DNA from: an uncultured Sphingomonadaceae bacterium
Lineage (GTDB): Bacteria; Pseudomonadota; Alphaproteobacteria; Sphingomonadales; Sphingomonadaceae
Assembly: GCA_947497455.1 (NCBI GenBank)
Contig: CANMGU010000002.1
Coordinates: 402,506-466,505, forward strand
Direction of reading: 5' to 3'
Length of the DNA stretch: 64,000 nt
Shown here: in pieces, positions 37,598 through 45,876 of the stretch
How the letters are laid out: the number at the start of each line of letters is the position of its first letter
How positions within the stretch are numbered: position 1 is the first letter of the stretch
Notes under the pieces: generated by a model
Databases searched by the model: none
What the model was told of the DNA's origin: nothing
What the model saw: the letters and a program-made list of their open reading frames with translations, nothing else
Made by a program: the position numbers and the translations under genes

Positions 37598-38740
37598 TCA
37601 CTCTTCGAGGTTTGCGGAGAGCCTTTCATAGGCGGCAATAAAGTCTTCCTTGAAGCCTTGGACGACTTGCGCGGTCGACATGGGTTGGTTCATCAGGCCA
37701 ACGCCCTGTCCGACCCAATAGGTCGCGAGATCCTTTGCCCCCTGGTTATCGCCTTGGCTCAATTTGTCGATAGAGCGGAGCGGTGGTTCGGCCACTAATG
37801 ATTGCAAAGGCATGGGTAGCGGAGTAGGCGATTCTTCCGCTTCCCAGGCATCGGTCCAGGGCGATCGCAATTGTCGCGATGGCTTACCAGTGCGGGACCG
37901 TGCCCGCACTGTATCGCGGGATGTCGCGCCGAGCATTTTTTCTTTTACCACCGGATTGGTTTCTGCCTCTGCGGTGGTCAGCCAGACCGACCCGCACCAT
38001 ACACCGCTTGCTCCCATCGCCATGGCGGCGGCCATCTGGGATCCGGTGGCGATACCGCCAGCAGCCAGCACCGGTGTATCGTCACCGATATCACGCAACG
38101 CGTTACACACTTCCGGAATCAAAACCATTGTCGCAACATCGCCGGTATGCCCTCCAGCTTCCCCGCCAACGGCAATCAGGATGTCCACACCCGCGGCGAC
38201 TTGGCTCATCGCATGTTCCTTGGTGCCGATAAGAGCGGCCACAGGGACACCATGTTCCCGGCCCATATCGGTCATGACCTGTGGCGGTATGCCCAGCGCA
38301 TTGGCGATGAGTTTGATTGGATGCCGAAAGGCAACCTCCAGCAACGCCCCAGCATTGCCGCCGCGCAAATTGTCCGCGCCTACGGCATGTTCCCGGCGCA
38401 ACTCTTCCAGGTCGCCTGGATCGACGCCATGACGGGCCATTATGTCCTTGGAAAATTGCTTATGTTCGTCGGGAATCATCGCCAGCGTGGTGTCGACATC
38501 GATCTGCTCGCCTTTGCCTTCGACCTTATTGGGGACAATGATATCTAGGCCATAAGGCTTGCCATCGACATGATCGTCAATCCAGCTCAATTCCTCTTCC
38601 AGCGTTTCGGGCGTGCAGTTGACGCCGCCAAAAACCCCCATGCCGCCCGCTCTCGAAACCGCAGCGACAACGTCGCGGCAATGGCTGAACGCAACCAGTG
38701 GAAATTCGATTCCCAGCATATCGCAAATGGGGTTTTTCAT
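37598..38740 (-). CDS. Nitronate monooxygenase (NMO/2-nitropropane dioxygenase-like) FMN-dependent oxidoreductase
   Basis: The N-terminus LGIEFPLVAFSH..D...AVSRAGGMGVFG and the AAGGIATG FMN-binding segment are typical of PF03060-type proteins. Its start shares 1 nt with the upstream stop (TAATG). Confidence 0.8.
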   Translation of the reverse strand: MKNPICDMLGIEFPLVAFSHCRDVVAAVSRAGGMGVFGGVNCTPETLEEELSWIDDHVDGKPYGLDIIVPNKVEGKGEQIDVDTTLAMIPDEHKQFSKDIMARHGVDPGDLEELRREHAVGADNLRGGNAGALLEVAFRHPIKLIANALGIPPQVMTDMGREHGVPVAALIGTKEHAMSQVAAGVDILIAVGGEAGGHTGDVATMVLIPEVCNALRDIGDDTPVLAAGGIATGSQMAAAMAMGASGVWCGSVWLTTAEAETNPVVKEKMLGATSRDTVRARSRTGKPSRQLRSPWTDAWEAEESPTPLPMPLQSLVAEPPLRSIDKLSQGDNQGAKDLATYWVGQGVGLMNQPMSTAQVVQGFKEDFIAAYERLSANLEE

Positions 38741-40752
38741 TACGCGTCGTCCTCTTCACCCGCCTCATCAGCAGCAATTTCCATGATCAGGTCATCGGCC
38801 GCAATCTGGTTTCCGGCGGCAGCGGCGACAGTTTCTACGGTGCCGTCAATCTCAGCCAAAATCTCATGCTGCATCTTCATCGCTTCCAAAACCGCCAGCT
38901 TGTCGCCCTTTGCCACAGCCGCGCCTTGCTCGACGAGTATCTCAAGTAATAGTCCGTGCATCGGGGCTACCACGGTACCGCCGCCCGCCATATCTTCCAT
39001 GGCGCTGAGCCCGGTCATGTCGGTGACCGATAGCGAGCGGTTCGGCAAGGCAAGATGCAAGTGGCGACCATCGGCATGGAAAATCGCCTCGACCGTTCGA
39101 CCATCCACGCGCAGTTTCGCAGTTTCTCCTGTGATCGAGAGCAGTTCCACCTGCGCTTTCTGTCCTGCGCCTTCTACGTGGTAAAGGCCGGGCTGGCGGA
39201 CATGGACGTGAATGACGCCATCAGTCTCGGTCGCCTCAGCCAGCTTCGCATATTGGGTAACGGTCGTCAGATCTGCCGAGCTTGACCAATCTAGCATTTC
39301 CGGATTGACATTAAGTGCTAGTTTATGGGCAGCATGTTGGCGTAATTTATGTTGCAATACCGCAGCAATCGCAAAAGTGGTGAAGCTATGCGAACCCAGA
39401 TCGACACCTTCTTCGCCATAATTTTCAGCGATGAAAGCGGTGGTCGCCTGTCCATCGATAAAATCCCGCCTGCCGAGCGCGTCAATCAGGAAGTCACGAT
39501 TGGTTTTTGGACCGAACAGAGCGGTTTCGGCCAGTGCCCCGACCATCTGCCGCCGCGCATCTTCACGGGTCGCGCCATAGGTGATAATCTTCGCGACCAT
39601 ACTGTCATAAAAGGGCGAAACCTCGCCACCCGTGGCAATGCCGCTATCAACACGGGCATGGGCGGAAGGATGCCATAGGTCGATATGACCGGTGCTGGGC
39701 AGGAAATCATCAACTGGGTCTTCCGCGTAGAGTCGTACTTCCATTGCGTGACCGGTTAAAGTGATATCCTCTTGGCTGAGCCCCAATTTGTCGCCTTGCG
39801 CAACTTTGAGTTGCAGTGCGACGAGATCAAGGCCGGTAATTTCTTCGGTCACCGGATGCTCGACTTGCAGGCGCGTATTCATCTCGAGGAAATAGAAGCT
39901 ACCGGATTGATCGAGAAGGAACTCCACCGTGCCAGCGCCGCGATATTCGACCGCGCGGGCAGCCTCTACTGCTGCGGCACCCATTTCGGCGCGCAGCTCT
40001 TCGGTCATGACCGGGCAGGGCGCTTCTTCGATTACCTTCTGATGGCGCCGCTGAACCGAACAATCGCGCTCGCCGAGATGGATCGTAGTGCCATGGCTGT
40101 CGGCAAAAACCTGAATCTCGACATGGCGGGGTTTGATGATCGCTTTTTCAAGGATCAGCTCGCCGTTTCCAAAGGCGTTTTCTGCCTCTGATCGCGCGAG
40201 TTTGATCGCATTGGAAACCTCATCCTGATCATGGACCAGGCGCATGCCACGGCCACCGCCACCCGCGGCAGCCTTGACCATCAAGGGCACACCGATTTTT
40301 GCGGCTTCTGCGATCAAGGTCGTGTCGGATTGATCGTCATCCTGATAGCCAGGGACGCAAGGGACACCGGCCTCAATCATCGCGCGCTTCGAACGCGCCT
40401 TGTCACCCATCACATCAATGGCCTTCTCAGGCGGTCCAACAAAGATGATATTGGCATCAGCGCAGGCTTGCGAGAAAGCAGCATTTTCAGACAAAAAACC
40501 ATAGCCGGGATGTATGGCATCGGCGCCGCTATCTTTCGCGGCTTCAATAATCTTGTCGATTAGCAGATAAGATTCGTTGACCGGCGCAGGTCCGATATGC
40601 ACCGCGTCATCCGCCATGCGGACATGGGGGGCGTCGGCATCGGCGTCGGAATAGACGGCAACGGTTCTGATGCCCTGCGCCTTGGCCGTGCGCATGACTC
40701 GGCAGGCAATTTCACCGCGATTGGCAACAAGGAGTGTGGATATTTGTGTCAT
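38740..40752 (-). CDS. atuF: Biotin-dependent acyl-CoA carboxylase alpha subunit (biotin carboxylase plus BCCP), AtuF/geranyl-CoA carboxylase-like
   Basis: It has a biotin carboxylase N-terminus (LLVANRGEIACRVMRTA), an ATP-grasp domain and the C-terminal biotinylation motif EAMKM. It shares an operon with an AtuA homolog. Confidence 0.8.
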   Translation of the reverse strand: MTQISTLLVANRGEIACRVMRTAKAQGIRTVAVYSDADADAPHVRMADDAVHIGPAPVNESYLLIDKIIEAAKDSGADAIHPGYGFLSENAAFSQACADANIIFVGPPEKAIDVMGDKARSKRAMIEAGVPCVPGYQDDDQSDTTLIAEAAKIGVPLMVKAAAGGGGRGMRLVHDQDEVSNAIKLARSEAENAFGNGELILEKAIIKPRHVEIQVFADSHGTTIHLGERDCSVQRRHQKVIEEAPCPVMTEELRAEMGAAAVEAARAVEYRGAGTVEFLLDQSGSFYFLEMNTRLQVEHPVTEEITGLDLVALQLKVAQGDKLGLSQEDITLTGHAMEVRLYAEDPVDDFLPSTGHIDLWHPSAHARVDSGIATGGEVSPFYDSMVAKIITYGATREDARRQMVGALAETALFGPKTNRDFLIDALGRRDFIDGQATTAFIAENYGEEGVDLGSHSFTTFAIAAVLQHKLRQHAAHKLALNVNPEMLDWSSSADLTTVTQYAKLAEATETDGVIHVHVRQPGLYHVEGAGQKAQVELLSITGETAKLRVDGRTVEAIFHADGRHLHLALPNRSLSVTDMTGLSAMEDMAGGGTVVAPMHGLLLEILVEQGAAVAKGDKLAVLEAMKMQHEILAEIDGTVETVAAAAGNQIAADDLIMEIAADEAGEEDDA

Positions 40753-40762
40753 CTCTGGTTCC

Positions 40763-41575
40763 TTATTCCGGCTTCACGACCCAATTGGGTTTGCGCTTTT
40801 CAAAGAAGGAAGCAACGCCCTCTTTGGCTTCGTCGCTGACCATGCGGTCGGCAAAATTTTCGGCAGCGAGGCGGATGACCTCATTGCGGGGCTTGCCAGC
40901 AATCTGACCAAGCAGTTCTTTGGTCGCCGCCACGGCGCCCGGCGCAGCACCAAGCACCTGTTTGCGCAACTGCATCTCTATGGCTTCCAACCCCGGCACA
41001 TCATCCGCAATGAAATCGGCAAAACCCAGTTCATGCGCTTGCCTGCCGTCAAAGCGCGCAGCGGTCAGCATCAACCGGCGCCCGGTCGCGTAGCCCAGCT
41101 TTTGAACAACAAAGGGTGATATCTGCGCTGGGGTTACCCCGATTGCAGTTTCGGTCATTGCAAAGCGTGCACCGGATTCGCAGATGACCACATCCGCACA
41201 GCAAGACAGGCCAAAGCCGCCCGCCATCGCTGCGCCTTCGATCAGGACGATCACCACTTGCGGTGCGGTGTTGACAAGGTCGAATATTTCCGCCGCACCC
41301 ATCGACATGGTTATGGTAGCGTTGCGGTCACCACTCGCCTGAAAATTTTCTTTGAAATTCTTCAAATCTGCACCAGCGCAGAACACTCCGCCACGACCCC
41401 GCAGAGTGATACCGCGGACCGTCCGGTCATCACGAACGCCTTTTAAAGCAGAGGCTAATTCTGCCACCAAGGCGTCACTCAGGGCATTGCGATTACCTGG
41501 CTGGTTGAACCAGATGGTGAGCCAACCCTGTTTGAGGTCGAGCTCGAGTGTCTCGGTTTTAGGAAGATTGGTCAT
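40763..41575 (-). CDS. atuE: Enoyl-CoA hydratase/isomerase family protein (AtuE-like)
   Basis: It has a crotonase fold (..GGVFCAGADL.., ..EGAAMAGGFGL). It lies between the carboxylase subunits, as atuE does. Confidence 0.75.
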   Translation of the reverse strand: MTNLPKTETLELDLKQGWLTIWFNQPGNRNALSDALVAELASALKGVRDDRTVRGITLRGRGGVFCAGADLKNFKENFQASGDRNATITMSMGAAEIFDLVNTAPQVVIVLIEGAAMAGGFGLSCCADVVICESGARFAMTETAIGVTPAQISPFVVQKLGYATGRRLMLTAARFDGRQAHELGFADFIADDVPGLEAIEMQLRKQVLGAAPGAVAATKELLGQIAGKPRNEVIRLAAENFADRMVSDEAKEGVASFFEKRKPNWVVKPE

Positions 41576-43200
41576 ATCCGTGCCACTCCGAAAGCATTGG
41601 GGTGCAGCGTGCGGTTCTTGGCCTCGAAAATCGTTTCCAGAGCAAAGCCGAGCACCTTGCGCGTGTCACGCGGATCAATCACGCCGTTATCGAGAACGCG
41701 ACCAGAGGTGAAGAAAGCGCTTTCCTGTGCTTCGAAAATATCCCTGATACGCTGGTTCTGTTTGGCAATAGCTTCTTCGTCGGGTTCTACGCCTTTGCGC
41801 TGTGCCTGCACTTTTGCGACATGACTCATTGTGTTCGCCGCGGAAGCCCCGGCCATCACACCGGTTTTGGCATTGGGCCACGAGAATAGAAAATCCGGTT
41901 CAAAGGCAACGCCGCTCATGCCGTAATTGCCGGCACCAAAGCTGGCACCAATATAGAGGGATAGCTTCGGCACGCGCACATTGGACACGGCCTGGATCAT
42001 CTTGCTGCCCAGTTTGATCATGCCCTTATGTTCGGATTCCGTTCCGACAATATAGCCCGTGGTGTTGTTCAAGAAGATGATCGGCAGTTCGGACTGGTCA
42101 CAAAGCTGGAAGAAGTGCGTTGCCTTTGCCGCAGCTTCAGGGTCGAAAGGACCATTATTGCCGATCAGGCCGACGGCATGGCCCATGATGCTTGCCTGCA
42201 TACAAACGGTGCCGGGACCATAGCGGCTTTTGAATTCCTCAAAGTCAGATCCATCAACAATCCGCGCCGCGACTTCGCGGACGTCATAGGGGATGGTGTA
42301 ATCGGTCGGCACGATGCCAGCGATTTCATCGATGTCATAAACTGGTTCTGCATAGTCATTCTGCCGGATCGGTGCGGTATTCTTGTTCCAGTCAATCCGC
42401 CCCATGGTATCGCGGGCAATCTCGATGCCATGAGCATCATCATCCGCGAGATATTCGACGGTCCCGGTGGTGCTGGCATGCATTTCCGTGCCACCGAGTT
42501 CGCGATCATCCGCCACTTCGCCGGTCGCCGCATGGACCAAGGCCGCGCCGCCCAATGCTGCCATGCCATTATCGCGGACTCCGATGACATAGTCGGACAT
42601 GCCGGGCATATAAGCGCCGCCCGCGGTTGACGGGCCGTGCAGTACAACCATGGTCGGGATTCCTGCGGCGCTCAACCAGGCGAGATTGCGGAACAGCATT
42701 CCGCCATGCGCCCACAGCTCGACCTTATATTCCATCAGGTTTGCGCCAGCGCTTTCCACCAGATGGATGAAGGGCAATTTCAGTTCCTGCGCCATTTTCT
42801 GGGCACCCTTGCTGGCGTCCCAACCGCCAGTCGTCGCGGCCCCGGCGCGAATGCCGCTATCATCGACCCAGATCATGCAGCGCACGCCTTTGACAAAGCC
42901 GATGCCGAGGATGACGCTACCACCGGGAATACTGGTGTCGGGATTATCATCTTCAACGAGATAATTGGCCATATTATAGAGCCGCAAAAATGGCATGCCC
43001 GGGTCGAGCAATCGTGTCAGCCGTTCATGGGGTGTGAGCTGGCCGCGTTTCTCAAATGTCGGGCGGCGTTTCTCAGAGGCCGCTACGGCGCGCTGTTCCA
43101 GGCTGCGCAATTGGTCGATCAGCGTCAGCATATCCTTGCGGTTCTGGACAAAGCTTTCGGAAGCTGTGGAAATTTTCGATTTAAACTGGGGCATAGTCAA
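41572..43200 (-). CDS. atuC: Acyl-CoA carboxylase carboxyltransferase (beta) subunit, AtuC/geranyl-CoA carboxylase-like
   Basis: The 542-aa ORF is a two-domain carboxyl_trans protein (..GGSVILGIGFV.G..CMIWVDD.., ..GASFGAGNYGM..). It overlaps both neighbours by 4 nt. Confidence 0.85.
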   Translation of the reverse strand: MTMPQFKSKISTASESFVQNRKDMLTLIDQLRSLEQRAVAASEKRRPTFEKRGQLTPHERLTRLLDPGMPFLRLYNMANYLVEDDNPDTSIPGGSVILGIGFVKGVRCMIWVDDSGIRAGAATTGGWDASKGAQKMAQELKLPFIHLVESAGANLMEYKVELWAHGGMLFRNLAWLSAAGIPTMVVLHGPSTAGGAYMPGMSDYVIGVRDNGMAALGGAALVHAATGEVADDRELGGTEMHASTTGTVEYLADDDAHGIEIARDTMGRIDWNKNTAPIRQNDYAEPVYDIDEIAGIVPTDYTIPYDVREVAARIVDGSDFEEFKSRYGPGTVCMQASIMGHAVGLIGNNGPFDPEAAAKATHFFQLCDQSELPIIFLNNTTGYIVGTESEHKGMIKLGSKMIQAVSNVRVPKLSLYIGASFGAGNYGMSGVAFEPDFLFSWPNAKTGVMAGASAANTMSHVAKVQAQRKGVEPDEEAIAKQNQRIRDIFEAQESAFFTSGRVLDNGVIDPRDTRKVLGFALETIFEAKNRTLHPNAFGVARI

Positions 43201-45017
43201 AGCGCCTCTGCAAGTGATTGCGGTATGGAAATAGGAGTTGCGAGCAGGATCTGGGCATAGCTTTTACCCTGCGGATCATTGCGCATGGATGCAACCCCAC
43301 CGCCGCCGAGAATGTCATGAAGCAGAAAGTTGATCGCGCCTGTGCCGGGCATGTAGAACCGCTCGACGCTATCCGGGGCTTCGGGTTCCGTAAGGAAATG
43401 AGCAAAGCGTTCGCGCACCCTATCTTCGCTGAGCGTGGCCCATATATAAGGCGCATAGCTCTTGTTGCGCGGCATGATTCCAATATTGGATTTGTCGCCC
43501 TTGTCACCGGATCGACCCCAGGCCAGGTCAATCAGTGGCACCTCTATCATTGGCGCGCCATTGTCAGCCAGGGCAGGATGGGGAGGGCGTTGGATCGTCG
43601 CCGGGTCAAAAGCTGTTCCACCGGCATCGCCAAATTCTTGCGAGTCATCCTCTATCTTTACCGAAATCGAAATTTCGGATTTCGGTAACAGTAGTGAAAA
43701 TAGCCGCACCACCGGAGTGGGCTTGGGGCGCCCGCCTGCAAATAGCGCTAGTCCCGGCGGTGTCGCGAGACCCATGCCGGTTGCTTCCTTGAGGATGAGC
43801 ATCGCCGCTTTCGGATCACGATGTTTGACGCCGATTTTCAACACCACTTCGCGCGATTCCGCGGCCTGTCCGAACGCGCCGAAATGGCTATCGTCGCCCA
43901 GTGTCTCAATTAATACGTCATCAAAATCCCCGACATTGGAGGCGCGTAATTTGGCGCGTGTCCGTTTCAGCGCATTGTCCGCGAAGCTCTCGGCCTTGCG
44001 CTTGGCATCCACCCCGATGAAGAAAAACGGTGCAACCATTTTCCAGCCATCAGAGTAAGTGGCGCAAGTCTTGTAAGTATTGGGTGCGGGATGACCGATA
44101 GAGCCGAACACTGACACGCGATTCTCGCCCAACTGCTCCAATGCCACTGCACTGAAATCGCAGACGACGTCTGGTAGTATATAGGCTTGCGGATCACCAA
44201 TTTCATAGAGCATCTGCTCACCAATTGTGCCGATATTGACGATTCCGCCAGTGTCTTCCGGCTTGGTAGCGATGAAGCTGCCGTCTACTGCAATTTCCGC
44301 AATCGGATAGCCGGCATTGTCCATGCTTTCCGCGATGCTTTCCCAATCCGTGAAGTTGCCTCCGGTTGCTTGTGGTCCGCATTCCAAAATATGGCCGGCA
44401 AGGCTGGCCCCCGCCAGTTGGTCCAGATCATCGCGGCTCCAACCAAATTCGTGGATGCAGGCGCCGAGCGTCACGGCGCTATCAACGCATCGCCCAGTGA
44501 TCACTATGTCTGCTCCCTGATCGAGAGCAGCGGCAATCGGAAACGCGCCGAGATAAGCATTGATGCTGGCGATATTTTCTGGGTCAGGAAATTGCGCTCC
44601 AGAAAACATTTCATGGGCATCTGCAAATTCCGCCGCGCGGGATGTGAGGTCATCGCCGGTGACAACTGCCACATTCAGATCAAGCCCGGCCTCTGCAATC
44701 ACTGCGCGTACCGCTGTTGCACAAGCGAGCGGATTGGTACCGCCGGCATTGGAGATCAGCTTGACGCCCTGTTTCGCAATGGCGCCAATATGCGGTTTGA
44801 TCACTGCAGAGACGAAATCGGTTGCATAGCCGAGATTGGGATTTTTCGCCCGCGCCCGCGCCATGATCGACATGGTAATTTCCGCGAGATAATCGAAGAC
44901 GATATAATCAAGACCGCTGCCATTCTCCGCCGCTTTCAAAAGTTGCGGCACCGCCATATCGGACTCGCCCCAGAAACCACTGGCTCCGCCAATCCGGATG
45001 ATCTTGTCATTTGACAC
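43197..45017 (-). CDS. atuA: Acyclic terpene utilisation protein AtuA family (DUF1446 fused to a DUF4387-like C-terminal region)
   Basis: It has the N-terminus IRIGGASGFWGESDMAVPQLL....LDYIVFDYLAEITMSI and a C-terminal region with AWGRSGDKGDKSNIG. The length is 606 aa. Confidence 0.8.
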   Translation of the reverse strand: MSNDKIIRIGGASGFWGESDMAVPQLLKAAENGSGLDYIVFDYLAEITMSIMARARAKNPNLGYATDFVSAVIKPHIGAIAKQGVKLISNAGGTNPLACATAVRAVIAEAGLDLNVAVVTGDDLTSRAAEFADAHEMFSGAQFPDPENIASINAYLGAFPIAAALDQGADIVITGRCVDSAVTLGACIHEFGWSRDDLDQLAGASLAGHILECGPQATGGNFTDWESIAESMDNAGYPIAEIAVDGSFIATKPEDTGGIVNIGTIGEQMLYEIGDPQAYILPDVVCDFSAVALEQLGENRVSVFGSIGHPAPNTYKTCATYSDGWKMVAPFFFIGVDAKRKAESFADNALKRTRAKLRASNVGDFDDVLIETLGDDSHFGAFGQAAESREVVLKIGVKHRDPKAAMLILKEATGMGLATPPGLALFAGGRPKPTPVVRLFSLLLPKSEISISVKIEDDSQEFGDAGGTAFDPATIQRPPHPALADNGAPMIEVPLIDLAWGRSGDKGDKSNIGIMPRNKSYAPYIWATLSEDRVRERFAHFLTEPEAPDSVERFYMPGTGAINFLLHDILGGGGVASMRNDPQGKSYAQILLATPISIPQSLAEAL

Positions 45018-45085
45018 ATCGAGTCTCCTATGGTTATTTGAATAGCATTCGGCATTTTCGAGTCAAGCTCAATAAGGAACAGGTT

Positions 45086-45817
45086 TTGGCCACCAAAGCA
45101 GTCAATCCGGAGACACAGCGTGCCAAGCTGGAGCGCAAGGAGCGCGCTATTCTGGAAGCCGCGCGTGGCGTCTTTGTTGAGCATGGCTTTGATGGCGCAC
45201 GCATGTCCGAAATTGCCCGCCGCGCCAGCATCGGCGAAGGCACGATTTACAGCTATTATGAATCCAAAGCGGAATTGATGCTGACGGTGCTGCAGCAATT
45301 CTGGGATGGCCTGACATTGGAGGCGGAAGCTGTCATGGCGTCTAGCCAAGTGGATGGATTTTTTGAACGATTACAGGCACTTGCCCAATATCATCTGAGT
45401 ACGGTGATCGAGAATGCGGACTTTATCAACCTGACCTTTGCCCTGCGCCGCAACAATAGCGAAGTCAGCGTGTCACGGGATCATTTGCGCCATTATGTTG
45501 CGGTGTTTGATCAGCTGTTTCGGCGCGGACAGGATCGCGGGGAACTTCGGCGCGACGCTGTGCTCTGGCAGGCGCGTGATATATTTTACGGCACGCTGGA
45601 ATATAGCGCGCGGTCGATTGAAATGACGATGGATACAGACCGCACGGAGCGGCAGCAGGGACCGGTTGTGGATGAGATGATATCTCTGTTCCGCAGCCAT
45701 TATGCGGCGGCACATGATGCGGTTGAAACCGACAGGGCGACGCTGGATAGCCTGTCGTCGAAACTGGATCAGCTTTCCGAACAATTTGACGCGCTTTCCA
45801 GACGGCTACCCCAATAA
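45086..45817 (+). CDS. TetR-family transcriptional regulator (AtuR-like), divergent from the atuA operon
   Basis: It has a TetR HTH (ILEAARGVFVEHGFDGARMSEIARRASIGEGTIYSYYESK). I propose a TTG start at 45086 preceded by AAGGA; the 45011 ORF start would overlap atuA. Confidence 0.8.
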   Translation: MATKAVNPETQRAKLERKERAILEAARGVFVEHGFDGARMSEIARRASIGEGTIYSYYESKAELMLTVLQQFWDGLTLEAEAVMASSQVDGFFERLQALAQYHLSTVIENADFINLTFALRRNNSEVSVSRDHLRHYVAVFDQLFRRGQDRGELRRDAVLWQARDIFYGTLEYSARSIEMTMDTDRTERQQGPVVDEMISLFRSHYAAAHDAVETDRATLDSLSSKLDQLSEQFDALSRRLPQ

Positions 45818-45827
45818 ACGGCCCAAT

Positions 45828-45861
45828 AAAAAAAGGGCCCCCGAAGGAGCCCTTTCATTTT
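45828..45861. terminator. Bidirectional rho-independent terminator between the TetR gene and the convergent fadB-like gene
   Basis: The sequence is A7-GGGCCCC-CGAA-GGAGCCC-TTTCATTTT: an 8-bp stem with one mismatch, flanked by an A-run and a T-rich run. Confidence 0.6.
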
Positions 45862-45876
45862 CGTTTGTAAGCTGGC

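Noticed and set aside
37764-38548. Several 117-225-aa plus-strand ORFs opposite the NMO-like gene
   Set aside because: These mutually overlapping frames are antisense to a gene with clear FMN-oxidoreductase motifs. Their Ser/Pro/Ala/Arg-rich composition is typical of non-coding frames.
45040-45050. GAAT-AGC-ATTC dyad in the atuR-atuA spacer as a TetR operator
   Set aside because: It has only 4-bp arms and so is expected by chance. It also bears no resemblance to the stronger palindromes at 49368-49421.
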